DNA of 64,000 bases, from the IMG/VR virus record IMGVR_UViG_3300010376_000035, positions 2,543 to 66,542 of that record; one strand, written 5' to 3'. Each line of letters begins with the position of its first letter. Within the stretch, counting starts at the first letter, position 1. Both the position numbers and the translations under genes were made by a program. Below the pieces are notes generated by a model. That model saw only the letters and a list, made by a program, of their open reading frames with translations. It did no database searches and had not been told where the DNA came from. The DNA comes from a virus. This document shows positions 34,927-44,974 of this stretch, piece by piece.

Positions 34927-35466
34927 CTGGTGCGGGCAGGTTCCCTTCCCGAAATGTTGTTTCGCCATATTGCAATTCCAGCACATCACTTGCAGATTGG
35001 ACGGATACCCATGTTTGATTATCCATCTCCACCAATAGCCGCTATGCACCTGGGCGCGGTCGATTTTGCCGTCATTGTCTCTATGATCAAGAGTCAAGAA
35101 TGGCATTCCAGATTCACCGCAACACACGCATTTTCCCCCATAGTGCATGATTACGCGAATCCTTCGAGCCGCATTTTGGGTATTTACTCTCTCTTGCCAT
35201 CGCGCTTTGTTGACGGGATTCTTGATCCATTCTGCATGCCGTTTCTTGCATTCGATGCATTTACTTTTTCCCGTTTGCCTCGGCCGGCCACAGCCGCACA
35301 ATCCATTTTTATAGCGTGCGCGTTCTCGTTGCCTCCGCTTTTCGGCGCAGCTTTCGCATTGACGCTTGTTTGGTCTGGATACTTTGCTGAAACAACTACA
35401 GCACATACCTTTAGCTTTTCGCTGGTCGCGCCATTGCTGCATATATTTCTTGCTGGTGTTGGACAT
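34915..35466 (-). CDS. Mirror: HNH endonuclease
   Basis: Identical to 28427..28978. Confidence 0.85.
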   Translation of the reverse strand: MSNTSKKYMQQWRDQRKAKGMCCSCFSKVSRPNKRQCESCAEKRRQRERARYKNGLCGCGRPRQTGKSKCIECKKRHAEWIKNPVNKARWQERVNTQNAARRIRVIMHYGGKCVCCGESGMPFLTLDHRDNDGKIDRAQVHSGYWWRWIIKHGYPSNLQVMCWNCNMAKQHFGKGTCPHQLGR

Positions 35467-35638
35467 TAGTTCAATAACATCCCAGCAACTACCAGAAAGG
35501 AAAGGGTGAACTTTTATGAATGTATCCGAAAAGTAAACCTGTTTTTAGTTTTGCAGATGGCAGCTGGGCGCTTCGCTCCCGTCCAGCTGTAATGCACTGG
35601 CAGCCGGTCCAAAGTCCGGTGCATGGAAAGGGGGACAA

Positions 35639-35782
35639 ATGACAAAAGGCAAACCCGTAAACCAAATGAGCCTGCAGGAGCTGGAAGACCTCCGCAAGCT
35701 GTACGAAAACCGCACGGACCACGTAGCCAAGCTAATGTTGGCCAGGATCGATGAAGCAATTGCAGTTCTAAAGAAAAACTAA
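35639..35782 (+). CDS. Mirror: 47-aa helical protein
   Basis: Identical to 28111..28254. Confidence 0.55.
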   Translation: MTKGKPVNQMSLQELEDLRKLYENRTDHVAKLMLARIDEAIAVLKKN

Positions 35783-35830
35783 AACCGCGCGGCCGGCGCG
35801 TAATCCGGCCCACAAAAGGAAAACACTCCG

Positions 35831-36106
35831 ATGGCTCTCACACCATTTACGATGCCTTCCCTGTTGGGTCCGCTCACGGCCGGCCGCTACATACAGCTTG
35901 CCATGGGTCTGGGCTTCTATGTTCCTGAATCCGACTTTCAAACCGTTCAAGAGCTGGCCAACGTAACCGGCCGCGTCCAGTTCTTAGGTGTTACCCGTGA
36001 CGGCGCCGCGATCGTGGGCACTTCCCGAGCTGAGATCCTCGAGCGCGAGGATTCCGCCGGCCTGGTCGCCTGGATCGTTCCGCAGGGGGCCGCTAGTGAA
36101 AACTAA
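35831..36106 (+). CDS. Mirror: hypothetical protein (91 aa)
   Basis: Identical to 27787..28062. Confidence 0.6.
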   Translation: MALTPFTMPSLLGPLTAGRYIQLAMGLGFYVPESDFQTVQELANVTGRVQFLGVTRDGAAIVGTSRAEILEREDSAGLVAWIVPQGAASEN

Positions 36107-36205
36107 TAACCTCTTAGTTGTGTCCTACGGCATGGGGGTTGTACTCTTCGGCGCCGGCCGCCGCGCCCGCGCCCCGAGCCGCCACAACTCAACTTGTTCC
36201 CGATG

Positions 36206-36234
36206 TTGACAAGTATACTTTTACACGCTAACCT
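36206..36234 (+). promoter_or_regulatory. Mirror: TTGACA-17-TAACCT promoter with operator
   Basis: Mirror of 27659..27687. Confidence 0.7.
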
Positions 36235-36257
36235 CGAAAGCGGAAGGATGGAGACAC

Positions 36258-36554
36258 ATGTTTGCTAGCACACCGCGATTTGCATTAGGCCAATGCCTGG
36301 CCACCCAGGGCGCTTTGGGCGCCCTGGAAGACAACAAGACGTTCCCGATTATCTTTCTCAAGCGCCACGAATCCGGCGACTGTGGCGACCTGGGCGCCGA
36401 GGATAAGGCGATGAATGAAGCCGCGATCCAGCCGGACCCGGAAGATTGCGATCGGATCCTGAGCATGTACATCCTGCCCGATGGCCAAAAAATCTACATC
36501 ATCACTGAGCGCGATCGTTCCTGCACAACCATCTTGCTTCGCAGCGAATACTGA
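36258..36554 (+). CDS. Mirror: conserved plasmid/phage early-region protein
   Basis: Identical to 27339..27635. Confidence 0.75.
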   Translation: MFASTPRFALGQCLATQGALGALEDNKTFPIIFLKRHESGDCGDLGAEDKAMNEAAIQPDPEDCDRILSMYILPDGQKIYIITERDRSCTTILLRSEY

Positions 36555-36580
36555 AAAGGGATACATGAAAGGGGACAACA

Positions 36581-36838
36581 ATGGCAACTAAAACCGCCAA
36601 GAAAACCGCGCCCGCGGCCATCACCATGACGGCCAGCGGGAATCCGAAACAGCCGGGCCGCGTGGGCCGTGTGGTCATCGCCGGCCATTTTCTGCCGCCA
36701 GTCGCGCGGGAACTAAAAATCTTAGCTGCCACGGAAAGCACGACTGTGGCCCAGCTCTTGCGCGAAGCCATCACCTTGCTGTTAAACAAGCGCGGCCGGC
36801 TTTCGGTCGATAAGCTCGAAGCCAATCATAAAGGTTAA
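36581..36838 (+). CDS. Mirror: second RHH protein
   Basis: Identical to 27055..27312. Confidence 0.75.
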   Translation: MATKTAKKTAPAAITMTASGNPKQPGRVGRVVIAGHFLPPVARELKILAATESTTVAQLLREAITLLLNKRGRLSVDKLEANHKG

Positions 36839-36855
36839 AAAGGGGACATTTGAAA

Positions 36856-37119
36856 ATGACAGAAAGCAATGAGCCAAAGCCTACCATCGAGGAACGCCTC
36901 GAAGCGATTACGCATACGCTCGAGCTAGTTTCCCAGATGCAACTGAAAACAGAGGAACGTGTTGATGCGATCACGCACACACTCGAGCTGGTTTCCCAGA
37001 TGCAATTGAAAACGGACCAGCACATCAAACGCCTGGGGCGTTACGTTCGCATTATCGTTGTGGATCACGAACAGCGCCTCGCCGCTCTGGAAGGCGACGA
37101 TGAGGAGGATGAAAACTAA
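36856..37119 (+). CDS. Mirror: coiled-coil protein with tandem duplication
   Basis: Identical to 26774..27037. Confidence 0.75.
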   Translation: MTESNEPKPTIEERLEAITHTLELVSQMQLKTEERVDAITHTLELVSQMQLKTDQHIKRLGRYVRIIVVDHEQRLAALEGDDEEDEN

Positions 37120-37120
37120 A

Positions 37121-37600
37121 ATGGGACTTCGCCTGATCAAGTTTGAGAAAAATGACGCTTGGAGTACGGACGCCTGGGCCGTAATCAACAGCACCACGGA
37201 CACCATGCTGCGGCCGGTCTTCTTCGATGAGCTGCAGGCGCTGCTGTGGCTTGCCTACGCCGAAAAATATGTGCTCAAGTATGACGCGAACAAACAGGAA
37301 AACATCGCCTCTCAGCTGCTCGTGTGGCTGGACGAAGTGGCGCCGCGCTATCACAAGCCCGCCGGCCGCTTTCCCAATGGCGTCCGCTTCCCTGCCGTCA
37401 CCGGGGACCGCATCTTTCCCGATGCCTGGGCCAAAGCCCTGGTAGACACTTCCGGCTGGGATGAGGAAGCCGCCCAGGCCGTCGAGCTGCGCGAGTGGGA
37501 GCTGGTGGAGCGGCTCTGGTCGAGGGATGCCCAGCCCGCCATCGATTACCTGTTTGAGCAGTTCGGGGAGTGGGAACCGAAAAAGGCGGGCGCCCAATGA
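37121..37600 (+). CDS. Mirror: hypothetical protein
   Basis: Identical to 26293..26772. Confidence 0.65.
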   Translation: MGLRLIKFEKNDAWSTDAWAVINSTTDTMLRPVFFDELQALLWLAYAEKYVLKYDANKQENIASQLLVWLDEVAPRYHKPAGRFPNGVRFPAVTGDRIFPDAWAKALVDTSGWDEEAAQAVELREWELVERLWSRDAQPAIDYLFEQFGEWEPKKAGAQ

Positions 37601-37655
37601 CTAAAACTATAAAAATTCTTATGCTGGTGCTGCGCATCTGCAAGGAGCTGTCGCG

Positions 37656-37886
37656 ATGAACATTGACGAACGCCTTACTCAACTACTGGCCGACCTACGC
37701 AAACAAAGAGACGAGCAATCTGATCAGTGTGAACATCTGTGCTGTCTCCAGCTTTTACGAAACCAGGGGCCTACCCCCAAATGGGTGTGCCTTGAATGTG
37801 GTCAACATTTAGATTACCGCGCGGATCTCCAAGGTTTGCGGGAATATAACTGCAGGATATTTGCCCTCAAATCGCCCGCGCAATAG
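37656..37886 (+). CDS. Mirror: Zn-finger hypothetical protein
   Basis: Identical to 26007..26237. Confidence 0.6.
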   Translation: MNIDERLTQLLADLRKQRDEQSDQCEHLCCLQLLRNQGPTPKWVCLECGQHLDYRADLQGLREYNCRIFALKSPAQ

Positions 37887-37914
37887 CGTCCGATAATGGC
37901 TCTTTCTGTTAACC

Positions 37915-37945
37915 AAGCCGGTCCCTCGGGGCCGGCTTTTAGTTT
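37915..37945 (+). terminator. Mirror: terminator upstream of parA
   Basis: Mirror of 25948..25978. Confidence 0.6.
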
Positions 37946-37947
37946 GT

Positions 37948-38013
37948 ACTTTATTCCTATAGCCTTATATTTCTATAGGAATATAGGAAGCAAGGAATCG
38001 AGGACGATAGGAA
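37948..38013. promoter_or_regulatory. Mirror: centromere-like repeats over parA promoter
   Basis: Mirror of 25880..25945. Confidence 0.65.
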
Positions 38014-38700
38014 ATGAATGTTATAGCCATAGTCGGCCAGAAGGGCGGGAACGGAAAAACCACTCTGGCCCTGGCCCTGGCCGTCGAAGCCGGCCGCCAG
38101 GGCCGTACCGTCGCTGTAGTTGACTTAGATCCGCAGACCACTGCGGCCAATTGGAGTGATCGGCGCCGCCAGGAGAGTCCCGCGGTCGTCTCCTGCCAGG
38201 TTTCCCGCTTATCTTCCGTGCTGGCCGCGGCCAGCAAGGAAGGCGCCGACCTGGCCATCATCGACACGCCCGGCAAAAGCACCGACGCCAGCATTGCCGC
38301 AGCGAGGGCCGCAGACCTTGTGCTGATGCCCGTACAGCCCCAGCTCTACGACATTGAAACCTTGGCCAACCTCAAAGACGTTTTGGCTCTGGCCGGCAAT
38401 CCGGCCGCGATCGTGGTAGTCAATCGCGCCCCAATCCAGGGCCGGCGCCATCTCGAAACGGAAGAAATTGTCGCCGGCCAATACGGCCTTTCCTTTTGTC
38501 CGGTGGTGATCTACGGCCGCGCCGCCCATGGCGATGCCGGCAATTCGGGGCGGACGGCCGCGGAGATCGACCCGGAAAGCAAAGCCGCCAGGGAAGTGCA
38601 AGAATTATATTCCTATATTTCTATAGTTCTCAAGGACGATAGGAATATAGCAATCAAGGGAGCGAATCGTGAAGAAAACGTCATTGCTAGCCGCCGTTAA
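38014..38700 (+). CDS. parA: Mirror: type Ib partition ATPase
   Basis: Identical to 25193..25879. Confidence 0.92.
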   Translation: MNVIAIVGQKGGNGKTTLALALAVEAGRQGRTVAVVDLDPQTTAANWSDRRRQESPAVVSCQVSRLSSVLAAASKEGADLAIIDTPGKSTDASIAAARAADLVLMPVQPQLYDIETLANLKDVLALAGNPAAIVVVNRAPIQGRRHLETEEIVAGQYGLSFCPVVIYGRAAHGDAGNSGRTAAEIDPESKAAREVQELYSYISIVLKDDRNIAIKGANREENVIASRR

Positions 38701-38923
38701 GATCGCCGCGGGAAAGGAACCATCCACGCCTGCGCCCAAATCCAAACAAGCCTCGGAGACGCGCCTTATCGGGGCACACTTCAAACTCACGGTGCATCGC
38801 GCCTTGTTAATGGTTCGGGCTAAACAAGAGATTCCCAAGAATATGGCGCAGCTGTTGGGCGAAGCGATCAACGACTTGTGCGCCAAATACGGCGTTCCGC
38901 AACCTTACAAGGGGGAAGAGTGA
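38669..38923 (+). CDS. Mirror: RHH partition protein
   Basis: Identical to 24970..25224. Confidence 0.75.
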   Translation: MKKTSLLAAVKIAAGKEPSTPAPKSKQASETRLIGAHFKLTVHRALLMVRAKQEIPKNMAQLLGEAINDLCAKYGVPQPYKGEE

Positions 38924-39078
38924 TGGGGAAAATCCCCCCGGAGAAGGGAATCAGCAAAGTAAACATAGAACCAAGTTAATCAACATCGGGGACGAGTTCG
39001 GGATTTCCCCGTTCCAACAACAGTAGTTGCCGGATCAGGGCGAGAGGGATGGGTGGTGCGGAGGGAAACCGTTAGCGA

Positions 39079-39243
39079 CTAGCGGGAGGTTTCCCTCTGC
39101 TCGTGCCTAGGTTCACGCTTTCCATCGGCTCTTCCGCAGCCAGGACATACGAACCAACGGCCATCGGGCTTCGGCAATGGTCTTTTACGATCCACGCACC
39201 GCCGCCGTCCGCACGTTTCGCAAGTGATCCTCGGATGCTTCAT
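39079..39243 (-). CDS. Mirror: 54-aa Zn-ribbon protein
   Basis: Identical to 24650..24814. Confidence 0.5.
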   Translation of the reverse strand: MKHPRITCETCGRRRCVDRKRPLPKPDGRWFVCPGCGRADGKREPRHEQRETSR

Positions 39244-39760
39244 CGCACACCTCTCCTGTGAGCGCAGAGAGCCAAACGCTGAGTTCGGTGAGCTTTTTCA
39301 ATAACTTCTATTACGGACCAGGGCGTATATCCCAACCGTTGCCTGGAACCTGCGTCTTCCGCAGGATTAGCTCTTGCTCTTGCGTTTTGCCGATCCCCGT
39401 TCAAAGGCGCGCCGCGCGGCAACACGGCCATCTACGCATCCGCGCCTCTACTTTGCACGGCCCAAACTCTCTGTGCTGTTTGTTGGGCGCCGGGACCGCA
39501 AGCTCTCATCCTGTACGCGGACGCCCACCCCTGGGATGCAATGCCATGCAGGGGCGCGGCCGAGGCAAATTTGGATTGAACGAGAGGTTTCCGATTTGGA
39601 TACTCAACGCTCAAAATTTACTTTGCCTAGACAAATCCAGACTTGATCTCGGCGCGGGGGAGTGTCAATATGAATCCACGGGAGCGAACCCGCTCAGTTA
39701 CGTTGCCTAGACACCAACCTTAACCGAATTGGATTCCCCGCTCCCAGTTCTTGTATGGAC

Positions 39761-39802
39761 AACTAAAAAGCCCGAGCCGCCCTGGCTTCGGGCTTTTTAG
39801 TT
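39761..39802. terminator. Mirror: bidirectional terminator
   Basis: Mirror of 24091..24132. Confidence 0.75.
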
Positions 39803-39925
39803 TTATAGAAGTTGAACCAAGCCGGCGGCCTATGCCAGAATCAAAGCCGCAGATCCTCCATCCTTCCAACATGGGCGAATCCTGCAAGGGCCGGCGCCTA
39901 GTGCTCCTAGTGCCGGCCCTTTCGT

Positions 39926-40105
39926 TTATTTCGGCTCTAGTTTTTCCACCTGGTAGCCGTGAGCCCGCGCCCATTCCTCGACATTGCAGAACAGGCGCCC
40001 GAACAGATGCGACAGCAACGGCCCGGTTTTGATCACGTATCCCTTCGATACCTCGATCTCATCCATGGCCACGCCGGTAAAGATGCGATATCGGTCCAAG
40101 CTCAT
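39926..40105 (-). CDS. Mirror: hypothetical protein (59 aa)
   Basis: Identical to 23788..23967. Confidence 0.55.
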   Translation of the reverse strand: MSLDRYRIFTGVAMDEIEVSKGYVIKTGPLLSHLFGRLFCNVEEWARAHGYQVEKLEPK

Positions 40106-40332
40106 GGCTGCTCCTTTGACGTATGCGTAACTGGAACTTCGGGGTAAATCTCTCCAAACTGTTTAGAAATCGCTTCTTCAACCATTTTTCGGTTGGCGGC
40201 TGTGTTGGCATAGCCGTTAGCAGTCAGAATCTCGTGGGCGAAGATGTGCAGTTGCTGCTCAGAATCCAGATAAAGACCTGGCGCCACCATTTGCCAACCA
40301 GGCTGCGCACGGTCGAAATGCTGACTCGTCAT
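40102..40332 (-). CDS. Mirror: hypothetical protein (76 aa)
   Basis: Identical to 23561..23791. Confidence 0.65.
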   Translation of the reverse strand: MTSQHFDRAQPGWQMVAPGLYLDSEQQLHIFAHEILTANGYANTAANRKMVEEAISKQFGEIYPEVPVTHTSKEQP

Positions 40333-40529
40333 AATTCCATAGCCTCCTTACAGCGGGTCGAACGTTGCGCGTGGCGTAGCCTTCCCGGCCCAGAATTGAC
40401 CACAGGCGCGCCGCAGCCCTTGCAGTAGAGGATTTCCCTGCCGCGCTCCCCGAAACGCCGTATAGCGCCTCCCAGCGCCAAAGCGCGCTCCCTGGCCAGG
40501 CGCGCCTCGCAAAACTGCAAATATGCCAT
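40329..40529 (-). CDS. Mirror: Zn-finger hypothetical protein (66 aa)
   Basis: Identical to 23364..23564. Confidence 0.45.
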   Translation of the reverse strand: MAYLQFCEARLARERALALGGAIRRFGERGREILYCKGCGAPVVNSGPGRLRHAQRSTRCKEAMEL

Positions 40530-40549
40530 GCGGCTGCGGCGAACCTTCT

Positions 40550-40807
40550 TTACCTTTCCGGTAACGGCATCGCGGTATGTGTCTGGTTTTTTATCTGCCT
40601 TATGGCCTGGGCGATCTCGTCCTGCAAGTCGTTCAGAATCGCAATCGCGTCCTCCGCGTCCACTTCCCGCGGCTTGGCCACCGCTATGCTGTTCAGTCCG
40701 ATGGCCACAATCAGCCGCACCCTGTCCCTGGTCCTGTGCCTCACCCAATCGATCGCCTCGGCTACGTGTTTCGAGCTGGTGATCGGATCCGGCCATGTCT
40801 CTGCCAT
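40550..40807 (-). CDS. Mirror: hypothetical protein (85 aa)
   Basis: Identical to 23086..23343. Confidence 0.55.
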   Translation of the reverse strand: MAETWPDPITSSKHVAEAIDWVRHRTRDRVRLIVAIGLNSIAVAKPREVDAEDAIAILNDLQDEIAQAIRQIKNQTHTAMPLPER

Positions 40808-40915
40808 TGTGCATCTGTCCCCTCTTGTCCCCTTCCTTTGGATCGAAGGCCGCTTACCGGGATGGTGAGCGGCCTTGCGACTGTTCAACAAATGTCTTTT
40901 GGGCGTGTGGTTTCG

Positions 40916-42529
40916 CTAGGCAAGTTCCTCCTTCGTTTTAGTTTTTTTAGCCGGGGAAGGATTTTCGCGCTTGACTTCTCCCTCCTCCAGAAAAATGCCC
41001 ATCGTGCCGCTGGAGTCCACCTTGGCGATGATTACGTGAAAATCCTTCTCCTCGGCCATCTCCTCGAGTTCGGCCAGGCTGTCATCATCCAGCGCTTCCC
41101 CGTTGGGGATGCAGACCAGGCGCAGTTCCGGCTGCATGGCCAGGCCGATGGCGATTGAAACCTTGATCTGCTGCGCCTCGCCCAGCTGGGTGAGCGGAAC
41201 ACCCTGATAAAGCACTTCCTCTTTGCCCTTATCGATGTTGAAGGTGAGCCCCTCGAGCGGCATTTTGGCGTTGATGATGGCGTCTGCCTTCTGCTGGTCC
41301 CTCAGTTCCATGGCGCGCGTCAGAGCGCGCACCTGAGCCTCGAGTTCGTCTTTCTGCCTGGTGAGTTCCTGGGCGCGGTCGCGGCGGTCCATTTCGCGAT
41401 TGACGGCTTGCGCCTGGGTCAGTTCCTCGGCAATGGGCGTGATGTCCTGCATGACCGGCACGGGCGCCTGCTCCAGAGCCAGCCGCGCCTCGGCCACCGC
41501 TTCGGCCAGCGGCCGCCGCTGCTTCTCGGCGGCGGTGAGCGTCTTGCGCGCGATCTCCATCTCCTGCCTGGCCTGCTGAATGCGTTCCTGCGCGTCGTTG
41601 AAGCATCCCAACGCCTTTCCGCAAGCCTCGGCAATGGTTTCCGTCAGCCGCTCTCCGCGATTGCCCAGCTGGGCGCTTCTCTCGTGCAATTCCTCGAGCT
41701 GAACGCGAATATCGGCTGCCGTGTTCATGGCCGGATTGAGGGCTTCGATCTCGACCGCCAGGCCCTCTACGTTGCTGGAGGTCACGCCGATCAGATCGCG
41801 GTTGCGCTGCTCGTTCTTCTCGGCCTCGGCCAGAGCCTGGGCCAGCTGCTGGCGGCGCTCGAGCTGCGCCACCACCGTGGAGTTGTGCTCGTTGGCGGCG
41901 CGGATCCGCGCCTGAATGGCGTCGATTTCCGGCCGTTCCGCGGGCAGATTGGGGTTCACCGGGATGCCGGCGATCTGGCCTTTGAGCATATCCACATCGC
42001 GGCCGATCTCGCGGCGCCGCCTGAAATCGGCTTCGTTCTCCGTGTCCAGCTTGGTCGGATCCACGGCCAGCGTGATGGCCTGGCTCAGATAATCCACCTG
42101 CGCCTTCTTGCCGTCCGCCGGCCCCTTGATGCCCGGCCCGTCGCCGCGGCCCAGCTTCACAAACGCGATCGGGTCCAGCATGAACTTGTTGGTGATCGAG
42201 TCCATCATCTCCTGCGGAGTGCCCCAGGCCTTGGAGCCGGGCTGCATCTCGATGCGCAGCGGGCTGCGCTGGTTGCGCTTGGCGATGAAGGACTGCTCCC
42301 CGTCGATGGTGACGCGGATTTCGTGATCGGTCGCCCCGCGGCGCGTGGGCACTTGCGGAACATACTTCGCGCCCAGGAACACGCTCCAGATGGCGGTGAT
42401 GATGGAAGTTTTGCCGGCCGAGTTCTTGCCGGTCAGCACGGTCATGCGTCCTTTCGGAACGAATTCCACGAAGCGCAGCCCCATGAAATCCTGCGCGAAA
42501 AATCTGGTCATGCGAAAAATTCTCGACAT
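40916..42529 (-). CDS. Mirror: SMC/SbcC-like ATPase
   Basis: Identical to 21364..22977. Confidence 0.85.
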   Translation of the reverse strand: MSRIFRMTRFFAQDFMGLRFVEFVPKGRMTVLTGKNSAGKTSIITAIWSVFLGAKYVPQVPTRRGATDHEIRVTIDGEQSFIAKRNQRSPLRIEMQPGSKAWGTPQEMMDSITNKFMLDPIAFVKLGRGDGPGIKGPADGKKAQVDYLSQAITLAVDPTKLDTENEADFRRRREIGRDVDMLKGQIAGIPVNPNLPAERPEIDAIQARIRAANEHNSTVVAQLERRQQLAQALAEAEKNEQRNRDLIGVTSSNVEGLAVEIEALNPAMNTAADIRVQLEELHERSAQLGNRGERLTETIAEACGKALGCFNDAQERIQQARQEMEIARKTLTAAEKQRRPLAEAVAEARLALEQAPVPVMQDITPIAEELTQAQAVNREMDRRDRAQELTRQKDELEAQVRALTRAMELRDQQKADAIINAKMPLEGLTFNIDKGKEEVLYQGVPLTQLGEAQQIKVSIAIGLAMQPELRLVCIPNGEALDDDSLAELEEMAEEKDFHVIIAKVDSSGTMGIFLEEGEVKRENPSPAKKTKTKEELA

Positions 42530-42565
42530 CGTTTGTCCCCTAACTTTCTTGCTTCTTAGTTTTGC

Positions 42566-42754
42566 TTAGTTCGCCAGCACAATTAGAGCCCACGCGGCCA
42601 CTGCGAGGATCGTGATGGAGATCACCCGCACCGTCGCCCGTGGCCAGCGGGCGGCGCGGATCGATCGATTTGGCCTGGGGTTCAGCACGGTTGCAAGCGG
42701 ATAGAACTTCTCGGAAATGCGAGCTTCGCGCTCGGTCTCGACGGTGACGTACAT
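42566..42754 (-). CDS. Mirror: small membrane protein
   Basis: Identical to 21139..21327. Confidence 0.55.
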   Translation of the reverse strand: MYVTVETEREARISEKFYPLATVLNPRPNRSIRAARWPRATVRVISITILAVAAWALIVLAN

Positions 42755-42808
42755 GCCTGATACCTCTCATCCTTCCGGTATCAACATAACGTTAAAATGA
42801 CATCACCG

Positions 42809-43396
42809 TCAAGGCGCAGTTTCGGCCAGCGACCTGGCCAGATGCAGGAGCGTATTCAGCTGCGACGGATCGAAGCTCTGCCAGTTCTCGAGCAGTGCGC
42901 GAATGATTGCCCCCTCGCGCATCAGCGAGAGCGCAGCCAGATCTTTTACCGAAAGAACCTGATCCAGAAGTTCCGCCAGGCTGAGATGGAAGGCGCCGGC
43001 TAAACGGGCCAGGGAATGGATCGAGGGAACGATGCACCCGTTTTCGTACTTGTTGATGTAGGTCCGCACCGAGCCGGCCGCGGCCGCCAGCTCGGCCTGG
43101 GTCACATCCAGCAGGCCGCGCAGATCGCGCAGCCGATGGCATACCCGCAGGCCCTCGGCATGACAATCCAACTTCTCAGACGGCGCATCTGATCCGGTTA
43201 ACGGCTCGAGTGCTATAAGCAGCGCTATATGACAAGCTATACAATTCCTCTGTCCCCGGTCGTACTGGCCACGCCCGCAATGGCCGCAAATGATGGTTTC
43301 GCGGCCCTCGTGTTCGCCGCGCGATCCTCTCAGGATCCGGTTTGCTGTACTGCTGGCTTGAAAGGCACCAGTGCCCACCACTACGGTTGTCCCCAT
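42809..43396 (-). CDS. Mirror: XRE-family regulator
   Basis: Identical to 20497..21084. Confidence 0.85.
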   Translation of the reverse strand: MGTTVVVGTGAFQASSTANRILRGSRGEHEGRETIICGHCGRGQYDRGQRNCIACHIALLIALEPLTGSDAPSEKLDCHAEGLRVCHRLRDLRGLLDVTQAELAAAAGSVRTYINKYENGCIVPSIHSLARLAGAFHLSLAELLDQVLSVKDLAALSLMREGAIIRALLENWQSFDPSQLNTLLHLARSLAETAP

Positions 43397-43479
43397 GGTA
43401 GGTGCTACCTCCGTTTTTTAAGCCGGGTTGGAGCCCCTGGATCCCGGCATGGGTCCGGGGGCTCGATTTTTTCCTCCCT

Positions 43480-43707
43480 TTACCTCATAACTTTGGGTGC
43501 AGCCAAGGCTCCATGGCCGCGGCAGCTCTTGCAGGCCTGATTGTTCGGCCTGTCCCAGCCGGCCCCGTCGCACATCTCGCAGACTGTCACGGTTCCGGTC
43601 CCCATGCAGACGCATGAAGTGTCATGCATCAGCGCCTTGCTATAGGGGCACTTGATGGATTTTTCGCTTTGTCTGGCGTGGGCCAAAATTTCGCTGACCG
43701 GGCGCAT
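43480..43707 (-). CDS. Mirror: CxxCxGxG Zn-finger protein
   Basis: Identical to 20186..20413. Confidence 0.6.
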   Translation of the reverse strand: MRPVSEILAHARQSEKSIKCPYSKALMHDTSCVCMGTGTVTVCEMCDGAGWDRPNNQACKSCRGHGALAAPKVMR

Positions 43708-43931
43708 AAGAATTTTTCCCCATACGCAACAAACTGCACTTCGCCTTACATTTTTTACAACACTGCGGCAGTCAGAGCAGGGAATTAGAGTTAGCGCGAA
43801 TCTTTATAAAACTAATAGACTTACGCCGTTCGCAATGGCACATCATATCTGATTCCCCACCCATGTGGACACGCTCGTAAGAAAATAAAATCCCGACTTC
43901 CAAAAAGGTTCCGTTTGTGCCAAAAATGCGA

Positions 43932-44219
43932 TCACTTGCAAAGACTGCAGCATCCTTCCTGGGCGGTGATCGCGTCTAACCCTGCGTGAGCGCCATAGTG
44001 CATTCCGCCGGCCACATGCGCCACCGGGCCGTTGTGCTTGTGGGCGGCGAGTTTGTTCTGGTAGGCCGCGATCGCCGCGCCCTTGCCTCTGGCCGCCTCG
44101 ATCTTCTTGAAGTTTCCCGTGGTTTTCGTTCTTCCCAGCGCATGCACCGCGGCGCGGCCGTGGGCGCCCGCGGGCGCGTGGCCTTTGGAGGCGGGATTAA
44201 GTTTTAGTTCCCTGGCCAT
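43932..44219 (-). CDS. Mirror: small basic protein (95 aa)
   Basis: Identical to 19674..19961. Confidence 0.6.
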   Translation of the reverse strand: MARELKLNPASKGHAPAGAHGRAAVHALGRTKTTGNFKKIEAARGKGAAIAAYQNKLAAHKHNGPVAHVAGGMHYGAHAGLDAITAQEGCCSLCK

Positions 44220-44233
44220 TTTGGAATTTCTCC

Positions 44234-44401
44234 TTAAAGAAACTTCCCCGTGTAGCGGATCTGGAACTGCGCGTTGTCCGCGTCCCTGCGGATCGCGGCC
44301 ACCGCTTCATCCAAGTCTCTGGCGAGTTGCCAATCATCCCCCAGCCGCCGCCACTGGAACAGGCCGTCGCGGCGCTTCTGCGTCTCATAGACGATGGTCA
44401 C
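44234..44401 (-). CDS. Mirror: hypothetical protein (55 aa)
   Basis: Identical to 19492..19659. Confidence 0.5.
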   Translation of the reverse strand: MTIVYETQKRRDGLFQWRRLGDDWQLARDLDEAVAAIRRDADNAQFQIRYTGKFL

Positions 44402-44940
44402 GCGGCCTCCCCGAGCCGCTGCCTGCGATACAGCTTTACCCCCGCCAGGCAAAGCAAGCCGCTGCCCACCAGAAAGAGAGTCAACGGTTCCGACGTAACC
44501 ACCGCCGCTTCAGGAACGGCGGTCAAAGTGTAGGAGCTTACGCCATCCGGCCTGGTCGCGGTCAGCGTGAATTCGTAAAGGGTCGGATCGAATCCCGGCT
44601 CAAGGAACATGGCCGTGCCGACAACATTCAGAAAGTTCGCAGTGTTGGAGATCACGGTGAGCGACTCGAGATTCATCGAAAGGGCCGGTGATACCGTGGC
44701 AAACAGCGTGGCCCCTGCGGCGGTCCCGAAGTTGAAACTGTTCAGCATTTCCGTGTGCCCGATCAGGGGCAGAAAATTGCCCGTCGCGATCAGCGTCACA
44801 GAGGGATTGGAAAACTGCATTCCAGTGCTGGTGTACGTGGTTGCCCCGGCGATGGCAAGGTTGCCGGTGATGGGATCACTATGCGCCGGCCGCACGAACG
44901 AAACCACGGCCAACGCTGCTACAAGCGCAATTTTCTTCAT
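44398..44940 (-). CDS. Mirror: PEP-CTERM protein
   Basis: Identical to 18953..19495. Confidence 0.8.
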   Translation of the reverse strand: MKKIALVAALAVVSFVRPAHSDPITGNLAIAGATTYTSTGMQFSNPSVTLIATGNFLPLIGHTEMLNSFNFGTAAGATLFATVSPALSMNLESLTVISNTANFLNVVGTAMFLEPGFDPTLYEFTLTATRPDGVSSYTLTAVPEAAVVTSEPLTLFLVGSGLLCLAGVKLYRRQRLGEAA

Positions 44941-44974
44941 GGATTCTCCTCCTCAAGTTGTTCCTTTTTGTTCC